The notes beneath the pieces were generated by a model. The model was not told the DNA's origin. It ran no database searches and saw only the letters and a program-made list of their open reading frames with translations. Made by a program: the position numbers and the translations under genes. Shown piece after piece: positions 1 through 11,037 of a stretch of DNA of 64,000 nt. The stretch lies in NCBI GenBank assembly GCA_016861085.1, contig BOKR01000001.1, positions 131,271 to 195,270 of the forward strand, written 5' to 3'. This DNA is from Patescibacteria group bacterium (GTDB lineage: Bacteria; Patescibacteriota; Microgenomatia; UBA1400; PJMF01). The stretch's first letter is position 1, and each line of letters starts with the position of its first letter.

Positions 1-933
1 AGAGTAACTTGGCCAAATAAAGAAAAAGAAACACAAGACTATCATCTCTTTTTTGAAGCATGTCAAATGGTCATTGGAACATTACACCTTGATGACGAAG
101 TATTTTCTCAGTCAACACTTCCAAAAATCTTTAGAGTTTTAGAAAAAAGTTATCTATATAGCCAACTCTTTAGCAAACTAAGCATTTCTCAAGGAAACAC
201 GGTTCGTCATCACGTTGAAACGGTACCAACCTTAGTTAGGACAACACCAACAGACATGAGAGAACGCTTTGTACTAAGAGTTACGGCGATTTTTCATGAC
301 GTTGGAAAGGCATTTAATATTGGTAGAGATCAAGTTCACTACCATGCACTTATAGCATCAAACATTGTTTCTTGGTTTATGCAGGAGTATCAGCCCCAGT
401 TTATTCATCACTTATATCTGGCAGATAAAACGCTCGTTACTCCGGTAATTTCTAGAGAAGAGCAGAGTGTAACGCGAGAAAGTTTGGAAGTTGAATTCAC
501 AGTAGTTAGAAATCAGATTACTGAAATCATTCGGCTGCATCATGTGCTTGAGCAAATCGATAAAGGTGTTTTGGATTTAGATGTTGTTGCTCAAATTCTG
601 ACTGAAAAACACATCAACCCTCTCTCCTTTGGTCTGTTTGCTATCGCTGATGGCTCCAGCGTGATTCCAGACAATGCTAAATATGCTGAATTTCTAATTA
701 AAAACTTAGACGCTTTAGCAAAAATAGTTGACCTAATGGAGTATCAAGAAATCTTTCAAAATGAAGGAATTTCTTTCGAAATTAAGAAAACATTTGCTCA
801 GTCATTACAATTCGCAATCACAGAAGTTATTACAAAAGTGGAGGAATTGCCAGAAAAAGTCGCAAAAATAATCCGTGAGATAGCAGGAAAGATTGACACT
901 ATTTTGGCAGTATCTTTATTAACTTTAGTGTAA
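1..933 (+). CDS. HD-domain protein (probably 5'-truncated by window edge)
   Basis: H...AIFHDVGK...HH...D pattern; frame is open from base 1 up to the ATG at 67. Confidence 0.65.
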   Translation, partial: RVTWPNKEKETQDYHLFFEACQMVIGTLHLDDEVFSQSTLPKIFRVLEKSYLYSQLFSKLSISQGNTVRHHVETVPTLVRTTPTDMRERFVLRVTAIFHDVGKAFNIGRDQVHYHALIASNIVSWFMQEYQPQFIHHLYLADKTLVTPVISREEQSVTRESLEVEFTVVRNQITEIIRLHHVLEQIDKGVLDLDVVAQILTEKHINPLSFGLFAIADGSSVIPDNAKYAEFLIKNLDALAKIVDLMEYQEIFQNEGISFEIKKTFAQSLQFAITEVITKVEELPEKVAKIIREIAGKIDTILAVSLLTLV

Positions 934-1581
934 TCGTGTATATTCACTCAACAGTGTTTCCGCAATTTTTTTTGCTTCTTTATGCTTGAATCGTGGAAGT
1001 CTTAGTTCATACACACTTTTAAGAAATTTTTCACGGTCTTTTTTGGAGAATGTTGGTTTAATTCGAGAAGTATCAAGCATTCCTAGTGTGTCTGCCTGCA
1101 TAATTAAAATCTCTGCATCAGTTTTTAATTTTTTTAATTCGTCATGAAACAAAACAAGATGGGAAACCATAAGGATTTCTGTATTGGTGAATGCTTTAGA
1201 AAGTTTAGCGTAGAGTAGTTGTTCGATCATTTGACTGCCGCGTTTCATGTGTAGTTTTTTTCTTTCAAGAATGTTTTGTAGCGAGTTTGATGATGCGTTG
1301 TCGAATAATCCAATGTAGCCCCAGTCGTGAGCATATGCAGCCGTAATCATCACTTTTGGATTTATTGTTTTGTTTTTAATCAGGTTGATTATTTCTGGAT
1401 CATGAATTAATAGGTGTTTCATCCAAAAAACAACTGCCTTTGTATGTGGCAAATCAAAGTCTTTTCTTCCTTTTTTGAGGTCAGGAAAAATAGTTTGCTG
1501 TAATACTGCTTCAATTTTTGGGTGTATGAGTATTTTCATTTGACGACTATTGTAGCAGTTATGGTATAGTACAACTGCCAT
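925..1581 (-). CDS. HD-domain phosphohydrolase
   Basis: H...AAYAHDWG...H...ADTL motifs; true start likely the later Met (MKILIHP). Confidence 0.7.
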   Translation of the reverse strand: MAVVLYHNCYNSRQMKILIHPKIEAVLQQTIFPDLKKGRKDFDLPHTKAVVFWMKHLLIHDPEIINLIKNKTINPKVMITAAYAHDWGYIGLFDNASSNSLQNILERKKLHMKRGSQMIEQLLYAKLSKAFTNTEILMVSHLVLFHDELKKLKTDAEILIMQADTLGMLDTSRIKPTFSKKDREKFLKSVYELRLPRFKHKEAKKIAETLLSEYTRLH

Positions 1582-1723
1582 GATTAAGACTCACATTACA
1601 CATCTTATTTCATTCTCAACTCTCTAAATAGAGTTTTTCTTGAGTGCAGATTTCGCTTTTTTGTTGTGCTTGGACGTTGGACAGGCAAACTATTCTCAGA
1701 TACACTAAATTGTAAAGGAAAAC

Positions 1724-3043
1724 ATGAAAGATCAAATTTTTAAATTAATAGAAAAAGAAGAACAAAGACAAAAGGAAATGATAGGATTGATTCCTTCAGA
1801 GAATGTAGTCTCTCCTGAAGTTTCGCAAGTTTTGTCTAGCTGTTTATCAAATAAATATTCAGAAGGGTATGCGGGCAGAAGATATTATGAGGGAAGCCAG
1901 ATTGTTGATGAAATAGAGTTGTTGGCAATAGAGCGGGTTAAGAAGTTATTTGGGGTTCCATATGTTAACGTCCAACCATATTCCGGTTCACCTGCTAATA
2001 TGGCAATCTATTTCGCTTTGATGGAGCCAGGTGATACCTTGATGGGTTTGAAACTGGCTATGGGTGGGCATTTAACACATGGACATCCAAAAGTCACTGG
2101 TTCTGGCCGATTTTATAATTCTGTGCAATATGGACTAGGAAAGGACGCTAGAATCGACTTTTCTGAAGTTCGAAAATTGGCCCAAGAACAGAAACCAAAA
2201 GTGATTGTTGCCGGAAATACAGCGTACCCATTTGAATTAGATTTCAAAAAATTCAGGGAAATAGCTGATGAAGTAGGGGCATGGTTAGTTGCAGATATTT
2301 CTCATGTGACAGGGTTAGTCATTGCTGGGGAGCACATGTCGCCAGTTCCATATGCTGATGTGATAATGACAACAACTCATAAGACGTTTAGAGGTCCACG
2401 TGGGGCGATGATCTTGGTGACCGAACGAGGATTAAAACGTGATCAAGATTTGGGACAAAAGATTGATTCAGCAATTATTCCAGGGCTTCAGGGTGGACCA
2501 CACAATGCAACCACTGCGGCCATTGCAATTGCAGCCGCACAGGCTATGACCCCAGAATTTAAGAAGTATGCACAGCAAATCAAAAAAAATGCAGCTGTAC
2601 TTGCTGAGGCTCTGAAGGCTAGAGGATTAACATTAGTTGGTGGAGGAACCGAAAACCATTTGATTTTAATAGATTTGACTCCGTATGGAGTGGGCTTTGG
2701 AACGCAAGCAGCGTTCGCTCTAGATGTTGCTGGAATGTATGCCAATAGAAATACGATTCCAGATGAAAAGGGCAGTCCTTTTTACCCGTCTGGCCTGCGT
2801 ATTGGTACGCCGTTGGTTACCACTCGCGGTATGAAAGAGCCAGAGATGGAACAAATTGCTGATTGGATTTATCGCGCTATAGAAGCAGTGAAGGAATATC
2901 AATTGCCAGAGGATAAAAAGCAAGTTAAAGCATTTTTATCAAAATTCAGAGGAGAAGCGTTGCAAAACAAAACATTACTTGCAATCCGAGAAGAAGTGGA
3001 AGAATTAACTAAAAACTTCAAGTTGTTTTGTGAGACGACCTGA
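1724..3043 (+). CDS. glyA: Serine hydroxymethyltransferase
   Basis: LIPSEN, NKYSEGYAGRRYY, GGHLTHG, TTTHKTFRGPRG PLP-lysine motif. Confidence 0.98.
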   Translation: MKDQIFKLIEKEEQRQKEMIGLIPSENVVSPEVSQVLSSCLSNKYSEGYAGRRYYEGSQIVDEIELLAIERVKKLFGVPYVNVQPYSGSPANMAIYFALMEPGDTLMGLKLAMGGHLTHGHPKVTGSGRFYNSVQYGLGKDARIDFSEVRKLAQEQKPKVIVAGNTAYPFELDFKKFREIADEVGAWLVADISHVTGLVIAGEHMSPVPYADVIMTTTHKTFRGPRGAMILVTERGLKRDQDLGQKIDSAIIPGLQGGPHNATTAAIAIAAAQAMTPEFKKYAQQIKKNAAVLAEALKARGLTLVGGGTENHLILIDLTPYGVGFGTQAAFALDVAGMYANRNTIPDEKGSPFYPSGLRIGTPLVTTRGMKEPEMEQIADWIYRAIEAVKEYQLPEDKKQVKAFLSKFRGEALQNKTLLAIREEVEELTKNFKLFCETT

Positions 3044-3725
3044 TACTTGCTCTGATCTGAACTAAACCAATAGCTTTTTTTAGTAAAACACTATTTGTGT
3101 TTTTGAATAGTTCAACTTTATGAGTTCTTTCTAATAATTCAACAAGCTTTGGCAGTGACTGCGTAGGGTGAGGATGGAATTCAATGTTGATTTCTTTGAT
3201 AAGCCAGAGACAATCTTGCGATGCAAAGAGAACTTTCTGTTCTGCACCCTCAATATCCATTTTGAGTAGGTCAACCGGCTTTGTCACAAATGAGCTTAGT
3301 TTTTGGGTTGGGACGGTAATTTCTTCTGACCTTTGTGTGCCAACCCAAGAACCTCTGTGAAAGCCGGCAGTTGAATACCACTGTTCTTCAGTTTCATCTA
3401 AGAAGAAAGATTCAAAGCCCTCATGATCACTGAGGGCTACTTTAACAGCAGTAACGCCATCAATTTGATTTTCAAACAGATTTTTTTCTAACAATTCAAA
3501 ACTGTTGGGGTTTGGCTCAAGCGCAACGACTTCTGATTTTGGGTAGGTTTGTTTAAAGTACAGCGTGCTTAAGCCAATATGGGCTCCTGCATCGATAATA
3601 AATGGGGTGGGGTTTTCAGTTTCAAAGTAGTAAGAATCAGAGGTGAAAACTTCCTTTTTGATTCGATGATATTCTTCGGAGTTGTTGTGGTAGATGGTGT
3701 AGTTTTGTAGTCTACTTGAATTCAT
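3018..3725 (-). CDS. FkbM-family SAM-dependent methyltransferase
   Basis: IIDAGAHIG, LEPNP, LLKMDIEGAE motifs. Confidence 0.9.
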   Translation of the reverse strand: MNSSRLQNYTIYHNNSEEYHRIKKEVFTSDSYYFETENPTPFIIDAGAHIGLSTLYFKQTYPKSEVVALEPNPNSFELLEKNLFENQIDGVTAVKVALSDHEGFESFFLDETEEQWYSTAGFHRGSWVGTQRSEEITVPTQKLSSFVTKPVDLLKMDIEGAEQKVLFASQDCLWLIKEINIEFHPHPTQSLPKLVELLERTHKVELFKNTNSVLLKKAIGLVQIRASIRSSHKTT

Positions 3726-3803
3726 ATGTTATCCTATAGTATATCATACTATAGGAACTTTTAAACATGACAATCAGAAAGAGAACGTAGTAAGATAAGC
3801 CAT

Positions 3804-4709
3804 ATGAATAGACGAGTCGGTGCCCATGTATCAGCAAGTGGTGGCTTAGAAAAAGCCATAGAAAGAGCGCATGCGATTGGGGCTAACTGCGCCCAAATTT
3901 TTTCCGGCAGTCCACGCGTCTGGAAGCGGACAGAGCTGCAAACAATTCAAACAGAAAAAATGTTTGCAAAAAGGAAAGAATTAAATGTTGAACCAATCTT
4001 TACTCATTCGCTTTATTTAGTAAACTTAGCTTCAGAAAACCCCGAACTCCTACGGAAAAGTTTCGATGTCTTACAATACGATTTGCGGTTTGATAGTTTG
4101 ATAAAAGGTTCGGGGATTGTCGTTCATTTAGGCAGCCACCAAGGGAGAGGATTTGATGCTGTAAAAGAACAAGTGGCTCAACAGATTGCCAAATTGCTAG
4201 AAACTACACCTGAGGATTCTACATTTTTGATAGAAAATTCAGCAGGTCAAAACGGAAAATTATGTAGTGACCTGTCTGAAATCAGTTGGCTAACTGATCG
4301 AGTTGATGAATTGCTTTCTAGCTCTTCGCATGAAGAATCAGGATCAATCCCAGCAATTGCTAGACTTGGTTGGTGTCTTGATACCTGTCATGCTCATGCG
4401 GCCGGGTACTCACTTGGAGAGTCACAGGGCTCATTGATTTCCAAAAGTGCAATTAATGAAATTACAAAATTAGGTTTGTGGGATTCTCTTAAGTGCATAC
4501 ATGTGAATGATAGTAAAGATAGTTTCGACTCTGGTCGAGACAGGCATGAAAACTTAGGAGAGGGGAATATTTCTAAGGAAGACATGGAATTTTTCCTCAA
4601 TTATGGAACAGTTAATAAAATTACGCTGATAACAGAAGCTCCAGGCTTTGAGGGTAATGGTCCAGATGCTCCAAATATTGAATATCTGAGGAAATTGTCA
4701 CACGCTTGA
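3804..4709 (+). CDS. nfo: Endonuclease IV (AP endonuclease family 2)
   Basis: GAHVS, H-x-Y-L-V-N-L-A-S, ENSAGQ, CLDTCH, HVNDSK, DRHENLG. Confidence 0.95.
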   Translation: MNRRVGAHVSASGGLEKAIERAHAIGANCAQIFSGSPRVWKRTELQTIQTEKMFAKRKELNVEPIFTHSLYLVNLASENPELLRKSFDVLQYDLRFDSLIKGSGIVVHLGSHQGRGFDAVKEQVAQQIAKLLETTPEDSTFLIENSAGQNGKLCSDLSEISWLTDRVDELLSSSSHEESGSIPAIARLGWCLDTCHAHAAGYSLGESQGSLISKSAINEITKLGLWDSLKCIHVNDSKDSFDSGRDRHENLGEGNISKEDMEFFLNYGTVNKITLITEAPGFEGNGPDAPNIEYLRKLSHA

Positions 4710-4727
4710 GGTATACTATAGTTCTCA

Positions 4728-5687
4728 ATGATAATTTTTGACGGAAATAAATTAGCACAAGAAAGAGAGCAGAGACTCAAGAAAAAACTTGAGCGTGATT
4801 TCTCTAGAGTGAAATTGGTTATAGCCGCGATCTTATTTCAAGAAGACGCTGGAAGTCGGTTGTACACTAGGCTAAAGGGTGAAGCTGCGGCCAGACTTGG
4901 GATTGAATACCGTGTGTTTGATTTTTCTCTGTCAGATGAAGTCGAAAAAATCCAAACAAAACTTGAAGAGTTGGGGAAAAACCCTGAAATCACTGGAATT
5001 ATTATCCAAAAACCCTCGAGGAATTCTTGGCTTCGTGCCCAAGACGAACATTTTTTGAAAGTTGTTGCTAATCAGCCAGATCCAAGGCGTTTTGAGAGAG
5101 ACCAATATGGTTCTTGGTGGACTAAACTCACCTCGTACATAGATGAACAAAAAGATGTCGATGGATTACACCCAATTACTATTCAACAAATTAGTGATAC
5201 GACCTGGCAGGATATGGGTAAAGTGCTACCTGCAACTTGTCAGGCAGTATTGAATATTTTTGATGAGGCTTTCGAGCAACTTTCAAAAGAACTGATGCTA
5301 CAGGAGACCCAGAAAATTTTTAATGGCAAATATATTATTATTGGCAAATCAGAACTGTTGGGAATTCCACTGTTTTATGAACTCAAGAGACAAGGGAGGA
5401 TTGTTGAAATTATTGCAAGCAAAGAACTTGAGGACCGCATGAGATCTGGACAAAAATTACTCGATGCGTCAGTGATTGTAACTGCTACAGGCAGGAAAGG
5501 GTTGATTACTGGAGAAATGGTTTCGGAAAATGTTGTGGTCATAGATGTTGGTGAGCCGCAAGCAGATGTTGATTTTAATTCGGTTTCCAAAAAAGCTATT
5601 TTTATAACCCCTGTACCTGGTGGTGTTGGTCCTATGACCGTTATTAGTCTGCTTGAAAATTGCGTAAAGTTGGCTTCATATATTTGA
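4728..5687 (+). CDS. folD: Bifunctional methylene-THF dehydrogenase/cyclohydrolase, divergent
   Basis: YxxxK, KDVDGLHP, VIDVG, ITPVPGGVGPMTV; carries an insertion of about 30 aa. Confidence 0.9.
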   Translation: MIIFDGNKLAQEREQRLKKKLERDFSRVKLVIAAILFQEDAGSRLYTRLKGEAAARLGIEYRVFDFSLSDEVEKIQTKLEELGKNPEITGIIIQKPSRNSWLRAQDEHFLKVVANQPDPRRFERDQYGSWWTKLTSYIDEQKDVDGLHPITIQQISDTTWQDMGKVLPATCQAVLNIFDEAFEQLSKELMLQETQKIFNGKYIIIGKSELLGIPLFYELKRQGRIVEIIASKELEDRMRSGQKLLDASVIVTATGRKGLITGEMVSENVVVIDVGEPQADVDFNSVSKKAIFITPVPGGVGPMTVISLLENCVKLASYI

Positions 5688-5708
5688 TTGGCACTGCGAA
5701 AATAGTGT

Positions 5709-6050
5709 ATGATAAGATCGAAGCTAAAGGAGATACATATGGTTGTTAGGATAAATCCAGAGAAAAGAGTAGGTATTGAGCAGTTTTCGAGCTTGCCAAA
5801 GGTAGTTTGGCTTGCAAGATCTGGGCTAACAAAATATAAGCTATTGTTAGATGTATTTGCTGAATATCAAAACTCAAAACCAAGTAGAAAAGCTTCTCAG
5901 GCAGAAACAACTTTTCATGTTTGGTCAAAAGCTGGGGGTTTTGATTGGAAGTCAGATAACACAATTCTAGTCTCAATCCAGACAACCGTGGATTTTGCAA
6001 ACTATTTGAGTGATACATTGGGTAGTCGAGTTGCGGTGACTGACAAGTAA
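5709..6050 (+). CDS. Hypothetical protein
   Basis: ORF with AAGGAG before the internal ATG (MVVRINP). Confidence 0.55.
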   Translation: MIRSKLKEIHMVVRINPEKRVGIEQFSSLPKVVWLARSGLTKYKLLLDVFAEYQNSKPSRKASQAETTFHVWSKAGGFDWKSDNTILVSIQTTVDFANYLSDTLGSRVAVTDK

Positions 6051-6119
6051 ACCAAGTAATTTTCTCATTAGCAATTTTTGTTTCTCTATGTTAAAATACA
6101 CCTCTAGTAAAAAATATAT

Positions 6120-6192
6120 GCGAGCGAATAGATCATAGTCCTGATTTGTCTGTTCAATCGCACTCTTTGCGGAAATCGCAAAACAGAGAGGA
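6120..6192 (+). promoter_or_regulatory. Candidate structured rpsB (S2) leader
   Basis: Two hairpins (gcga...aatcgc; ctctttgcg...cgcaaaacagagag) directly upstream of rpsB, the second ending just before the RBS region. Confidence 0.4.
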
Positions 6193-6203
6193 AATAAGGA
6201 CGT

Positions 6204-6989
6204 ATGAAAATTGATTTTTCTAAGCTTCCTAATAAAGCACCTGAGTATGATTTAATGACTCTACTCGAGGCTGGTTGTCATTTTGGTCACCAAAAGGCTA
6301 AAAGACACCCAAGAATGAACGAATATATTTACGCAGAAAAAGATGGCGTTCATATTTTTGATTTAGCAATTACTGCAAAACAATTACAGCTTGCATACAA
6401 TTTTGTGTATGATCAAGCTGTAAAGGGTAACACCATGGTTATGGTTGGTACAAAGAAGCAGGCAAAAGAATTAGTAGAAACCGCAGCTAAACAAGCTGGT
6501 GTACACTACATTACTGCTCGATGGCTTGGTGGATTTTTAACTAACTGGGTTCAAGTGAAGCGCTCACTTAAGAAAATGCTCGATATTGAGAGTGGTTTGA
6601 AATCTGGAAAATTTGATGGATACACCAAATTTGAGAAAGTTCAACTTGAGAAAGAGAGAATTAAGTTGGGTCGTTTCTTTGACGGGTTACGAGAACTCAA
6701 ACAAGCTCCAAGCTTCTTATTTGTTGTTGATATCAATAGAGAAAAGAATGCTATTAAAGAAGCAAAAAATATGGGTGTTCCAGTTGTTGCTATCGTTGAC
6801 TCTAATTCAGATCCAGAAGGTATTGATATTGTGATTCCAGCTAATGATGACGCTGTCAGAAGTCTTGGCTTCTTAATTGGTGAAATCAGTAAAGCATATC
6901 AAGAAGGTAAAAAAGATGCTGGTAAATCTGCCAAAGTCGAGAAACCTGAAAAGGAAACAAAAGAAGTAGTTTCAGAGGAGACCAAATAA
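6204..6989 (+). CDS. rpsB: 30S ribosomal protein S2
   Basis: LLEAGCHFGH, RWLGGFLTN, IPANDDA. Confidence 0.98.
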   Translation: MKIDFSKLPNKAPEYDLMTLLEAGCHFGHQKAKRHPRMNEYIYAEKDGVHIFDLAITAKQLQLAYNFVYDQAVKGNTMVMVGTKKQAKELVETAAKQAGVHYITARWLGGFLTNWVQVKRSLKKMLDIESGLKSGKFDGYTKFEKVQLEKERIKLGRFFDGLRELKQAPSFLFVVDINREKNAIKEAKNMGVPVVAIVDSNSDPEGIDIVIPANDDAVRSLGFLIGEISKAYQEGKKDAGKSAKVEKPEKETKEVVSEETK

Positions 6990-7456
6990 TGGCAAATTAC
7001 ACTGCTCAAGACGTTAAAAGATTACGAGAAGAGACAGGTGCTGGAATGCTTGATTGCAAAAAAGCCCTTGATGAAGCTAATGGTAATTTCGAAGAAGCAA
7101 AAGAAGTTGTCAGACAACGTGGTTTGGCGTTAGCTGAAAAGAAATCAGATAGAGAAACCAATGAAGGCTATATTGCTTGTTATGTACATGCAACAAATAA
7201 AGTAGCTGCAATGGTTGAAATTTTATGTGAAACTGATTTTGTAGCTCGAAATGATGAATTCCAAGCAATGGCAAGAGATGTAGCACTTCACGTTGTAGCC
7301 ATGAATTCAGAAACTGTTGAAGCATTGTTAGCTGAACCATTTGTAAAAGACCCAAGCAAAACTGTTGAAGAATTAGTTAAGGGTGTTTCTGGTAAGATTG
7401 GTGAAAAGTTTGTTGTGAACAGATTTGTGAGATACGAAGTGGGAGAGAGTAAATAA
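6989..7456 (+). CDS. tsf: Elongation factor Ts (short form)
   Basis: VKRLREETGAGMLDCKKAL, CETDFVA; coupled to rpsB via TAATG. Confidence 0.97.
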   Translation: MANYTAQDVKRLREETGAGMLDCKKALDEANGNFEEAKEVVRQRGLALAEKKSDRETNEGYIACYVHATNKVAAMVEILCETDFVARNDEFQAMARDVALHVVAMNSETVEALLAEPFVKDPSKTVEELVKGVSGKIGEKFVVNRFVRYEVGESK

Positions 7457-7475
7457 TTTTATTTGAATTAAAAGG

Positions 7476-7523
7476 AGCCCCGGCGCACTTCTGGAATTTT
7501 CCAGAAAGCTGCCGGGGCTTTTT
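7476..7523 (+). terminator. Intrinsic terminator after rpsB-tsf
   Basis: agccccggc...gccggggct stem with inner ttctgg/ccagaa stem, followed by T-run. Confidence 0.8.
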
Positions 7524-7551
7524 CATTTCTAGAGGGAGTGTGCGTGAAATT

Positions 7552-7962
7552 TTAGAAGCACTGAAGCAGTTTTTCTATTACGTTTACGCAATTTTGAATT
7601 TTTTCAAGGGTATCTTGAGTATTTTTTCGAGTACCATATCGACTTCTATGTATTTTTTTTACTAATTCTTCTAATGAGTCAAGGTGGCCTAAGAGAGTAA
7701 AATAGATGTTTACTATTTTCACGTCTTGGGTTCTTATTTCAAAATAGCTCTCAAGTTCTAAAGCTATTTTTTTGTCAGCTTTAATAAGTCTGATTAAAGC
7801 AGCTGTAATGGTAGTGTCACTACCAAGTTCAAAATAATCACCTTCTTCTTGAATTTCCCTGAGCAACCCCTTTAAATCAAGTTTTATTCGACTTAGTGGT
7901 AACACAGTTGGGTGTTCAGGTTGTCCACCTGTTTCTATTGTTAAGCTCAAATATCGTTTCAT
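7552..7962 (-). CDS. Hypothetical protein
   Basis: 136-aa ORF with TATAAT upstream; no recognisable motif. Confidence 0.55.
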   Translation of the reverse strand: MKRYLSLTIETGGQPEHPTVLPLSRIKLDLKGLLREIQEEGDYFELGSDTTITAALIRLIKADKKIALELESYFEIRTQDVKIVNIYFTLLGHLDSLEELVKKIHRSRYGTRKNTQDTLEKIQNCVNVIEKLLQCF

Positions 7963-8031
7963 GTTTAATTTCTGTATTTTACAAATAGGTCGTGATTATA
8001 CCATATTTATGACAAAAATATATACTATAGG

Positions 8032-9708
8032 TCATCTTATGGAATAAATGCAAGCATTTTGTTTACAATCGATTAAATCTAGTCTTGTTCCAATATTCTG
8101 TTTTAGTTCATGGCTATTTTTGCTTGTATGAGCAGCATAGGTAAAGTTTTTTTCATACATTTCATCATATAAATCGTAATGAATCAGAACCAAGGTAACT
8201 CCTGCGTTTTTTAAAAGCACAATTGTTTCTTCGCTTGGAAATTCTTGCCACAATAGATCCCACTGTGATTCTCGTTCTGGTGGAGTAAAGCCACTCACAC
8301 CATTGTATAGAATTTTCCCGTGATACGTTTGGTATAGCAACCTATCATTTTCTAGGTAGGCAAAGGGCATCATTCTCCAGGAAAAAACGGGAAATTCAGC
8401 CAATATTGTTGATTTTTTTTGCTCTTTTACTAGATCATAGATTTTTGGAATTTCTGTTGGAATTTGATATAGCTCAAACTGGGCAAAGTGAAAGTAAAAT
8501 TGTGTACTTATAAGTACACCAAACAAAAGATACAAAAACTTTTGTTTTAATTTAGACTCACTTACAAAATTTCCAAACAGTAAAGCTATTCCAAAGTTTA
8601 GCAACACAATGAAGCGAGAACTTGCTCTGAACGCTTTAAACCCTGGGATAAGATAATATAAAACTGTGTAAGGTAGGGGAATCGGGACACCAAAAATCTT
8701 AAAGGTTTCATTATGTATCTTTATGACTGGTCCAAGCATCAAGACTACTCCGATGCAAGCAACAAAAAGAGCTGAAGCTGAAGTAAAAATAGTTAAGTTA
8801 CCTGTGGTTTTCTCTTTTGTTTTTTTCGTAGTTTTCCAAAGTAAAAAGAGTAAACCAAAGCTAAGTAGCAAGTCAGGCTGGAATAATCTATCAAGAGAAA
8901 AAGCAAAATGAGCTGCATCACGAATAGTTCTAGTGTATTTAAATTGTTGCGAAGTCAAAAAATATGGTGTAAAGAAAAGTGCTAAAACGACACAGGCAAA
9001 AAAAATATAGTAACTTACCATGAACATATTTTTTTTGATTTGTGTAAGTGTCGTTTTTTGTAGCAAAAAGGGAATGCAAGCAAAAAACACAAAGAACCCA
9101 CTCATCGGTGAATTAAGTGTTTGTAAAATGAACACGCACAGAGAGAAAAAGAGCCAATACCATTGATTATTTTCAATCCACTTCAAAAAAAACAAAAGGG
9201 TAAGCGGGATTCCTGCTAATAAGTAAGTATGTAGGTGAACTAAATATTGAGTCTGAATTGAAGAAAAAGTGAAAAAAAACGCTAGGAAATGACTAGCAAG
9301 GTTGGAAAATTTGAGTTGCTTTCCAATAAAATAGCTCGATACATACAAAAGTACTGCTCCAAAAATCAGATGAAAATTATGAATGGCAACTATATTTTTT
9401 GTAAAAAACAGCAGCGGTATGGTAAGAATTGCGGTAGGAATGAAAGGATCAGAATAGGTGAGTGTATTTGCAAAAGGAAAGTAAATTGGTAGATCAAAAA
9501 TGTTTTTACCTTCTGCTAAAAGAGTACTCACAGTATAAATTGTCCATGAAATAAAAACCCCATCGGCCCTTGAAGTGAGGTGGGTGGTGAAATGAAAGAG
9601 AACTGGATAGAGAAACATGATTGTGAAGAATATGGCAGCAAAGAGCGGTACAGTATATTTTTTCATCCGGGTTAAATATATCAAAATATATCTATTCATA
9701 CAACACAC
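8032..9708 (-). CDS. Polytopic membrane protein, probable GT-C-type glycosyltransferase
   Basis: About 12 hydrophobic segments, P.Y.P..NTL.YSD, FRASSRF, NGVSGFTP; start probably MKKYT. Confidence 0.6.
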   Translation of the reverse strand: MCCMNRYILIYLTRMKKYTVPLFAAIFFTIMFLYPVLFHFTTHLTSRADGVFISWTIYTVSTLLAEGKNIFDLPIYFPFANTLTYSDPFIPTAILTIPLLFFTKNIVAIHNFHLIFGAVLLYVSSYFIGKQLKFSNLASHFLAFFFTFSSIQTQYLVHLHTYLLAGIPLTLLFFLKWIENNQWYWLFFSLCVFILQTLNSPMSGFFVFFACIPFLLQKTTLTQIKKNMFMVSYYIFFACVVLALFFTPYFLTSQQFKYTRTIRDAAHFAFSLDRLFQPDLLLSFGLLFLLWKTTKKTKEKTTGNLTIFTSASALFVACIGVVLMLGPVIKIHNETFKIFGVPIPLPYTVLYYLIPGFKAFRASSRFIVLLNFGIALLFGNFVSESKLKQKFLYLLFGVLISTQFYFHFAQFELYQIPTEIPKIYDLVKEQKKSTILAEFPVFSWRMMPFAYLENDRLLYQTYHGKILYNGVSGFTPPERESQWDLLWQEFPSEETIVLLKNAGVTLVLIHYDLYDEMYEKNFTYAAHTSKNSHELKQNIGTRLDLIDCKQNACIYSIR

Positions 9709-9750
9709 GAGAAGCGTGTTTTCTTTTAGTTCTTAAGATATACTGGTTAT

Positions 9751-11037
9751 ATGACCATTGCCAAAATTTATGCACAAGAAATTCTTGATTCTCGAGGGAA
9801 TCCAACTGTAGAAGCCAAAGTTACGCTCGAAGGCGGTGTTTCTGCGACTGCTTCAGTTCCCTCTGGTGCTTCAACAGGGTCACATGAAGCCCTAGAGTTA
9901 CGAGACGAAAAAAGTGATCGCTACTTAGGTAAAGATGTGATGCAGGCTGTAGAGAATGTGAATACCTGGATTGCTGCGGAACTCACAGGTATGGAAGTGA
10001 CTGATCAAAAAGCAATCGATGACAAAATGATTCAGCTTGATGGTACAGAAACAAAAAGTAAACTTGGTGCAAACGCTATTTTGGCAGTTTCTATGGCAGT
10101 TACTAAAGCAGCAGCCGCTTCACTCGAAATGCCGTTATATCAGTATGTGGCTCGCTTGTTTGGCAATTCGGAAACAGAGTTCATTATTCCAATTCCCATG
10201 ATGAATGTGCTCAATGGTGGAAGACATGCAATTGGGTCAACAGACATGCAAGAATATATGTTGATGCCGGTTGGTGCGCCGAATGTCGAAGAGGCTGTTC
10301 GTTGGGGGTCCGAGGTATTCCATGTATTAGGGAAAATGCTCCAAGAAAAAGGCTTTCAAATTACGGTTGGGGATGAGGGTGGCTATGCACCTTCGTTGAA
10401 GCGGAACGAGGAGCCGTTTGAGTTGATGATCGCTGCTATCAAGGAGGCAGGATACAAGCCTGGAGAAGAAATAGCCATCGCGCAAGATCCGGCAGCGAGT
10501 GAATTTTACGAAAATGGCAAATATGTTTTTAAAACTGAGAGTAGAGAACTAACCAGTACAGAAATGGTAGCGCTGTATACAGATTGGATTGAAAAATACC
10601 CAATTGTTTCAATTGAGGATGGTCTGGCTGAAGACGATTGGGATGGATTCGTAGCTTTGAACAAAGCGATTGGTGATCGAGTGCAATTGGTTGGCGATGA
10701 TTTATATGTGACAAATATCAAGCGTTTGCAAAAAGGAATTGATCTAGGTGCTGGCAATTCAATTTTGATAAAACTGAATCAAATCGGAACGGTAACAGAA
10801 ACGATCGCTGCAATTAAACTTGCAAAAGAAAACAGAATGACCGCGATTGTTTCTCACAGGTCTGGGGAAACAGAAGATACGTTTATTGCAGATTTTGTAG
10901 TAGGTGCCGGAACTGGACAGATAAAAACTGGCTCACTTTCAAGAAGTGAGCGAGTTGCAAAATACAATCGGTTGATGAGGATTGAGCGCGAGCTTGGCGA
11001 GCGCGCACATTACGCACAGTTTCCGTTCACTAAATGA
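9751..11037 (+). CDS. eno: Enolase
   Basis: [33 protein letters not shown]. Confidence 0.98.
   Translation: MTIAKIYAQEILDSRGNPTVEAKVTLEGGVSATASVPSGASTGSHEALELRDEKSDRYLGKDVMQAVENVNTWIAAELTGMEVTDQKAIDDKMIQLDGTETKSKLGANAILAVSMAVTKAAAASLEMPLYQYVARLFGNSETEFIIPIPMMNVLNGGRHAIGSTDMQEYMLMPVGAPNVEEAVRWGSEVFHVLGKMLQEKGFQITVGDEGGYAPSLKRNEEPFELMIAAIKEAGYKPGEEIAIAQDPAASEFYENGKYVFKTESRELTSTEMVALYTDWIEKYPIVSIEDGLAEDDWDGFVALNKAIGDRVQLVGDDLYVTNIKRLQKGIDLGAGNSILIKLNQIGTVTETIAAIKLAKENRMTAIVSHRSGETEDTFIADFVVGAGTGQIKTGSLSRSERVAKYNRLMRIERELGERAHYAQFPFTK

Noticed and set aside
6068-6094. Possible fifth CIRCE-like copy upstream of rpsB
   Set aside because: Only TTAGCA...TGTTAA matches; no GTC core and no TTG-N6-CAA at 22 nt.
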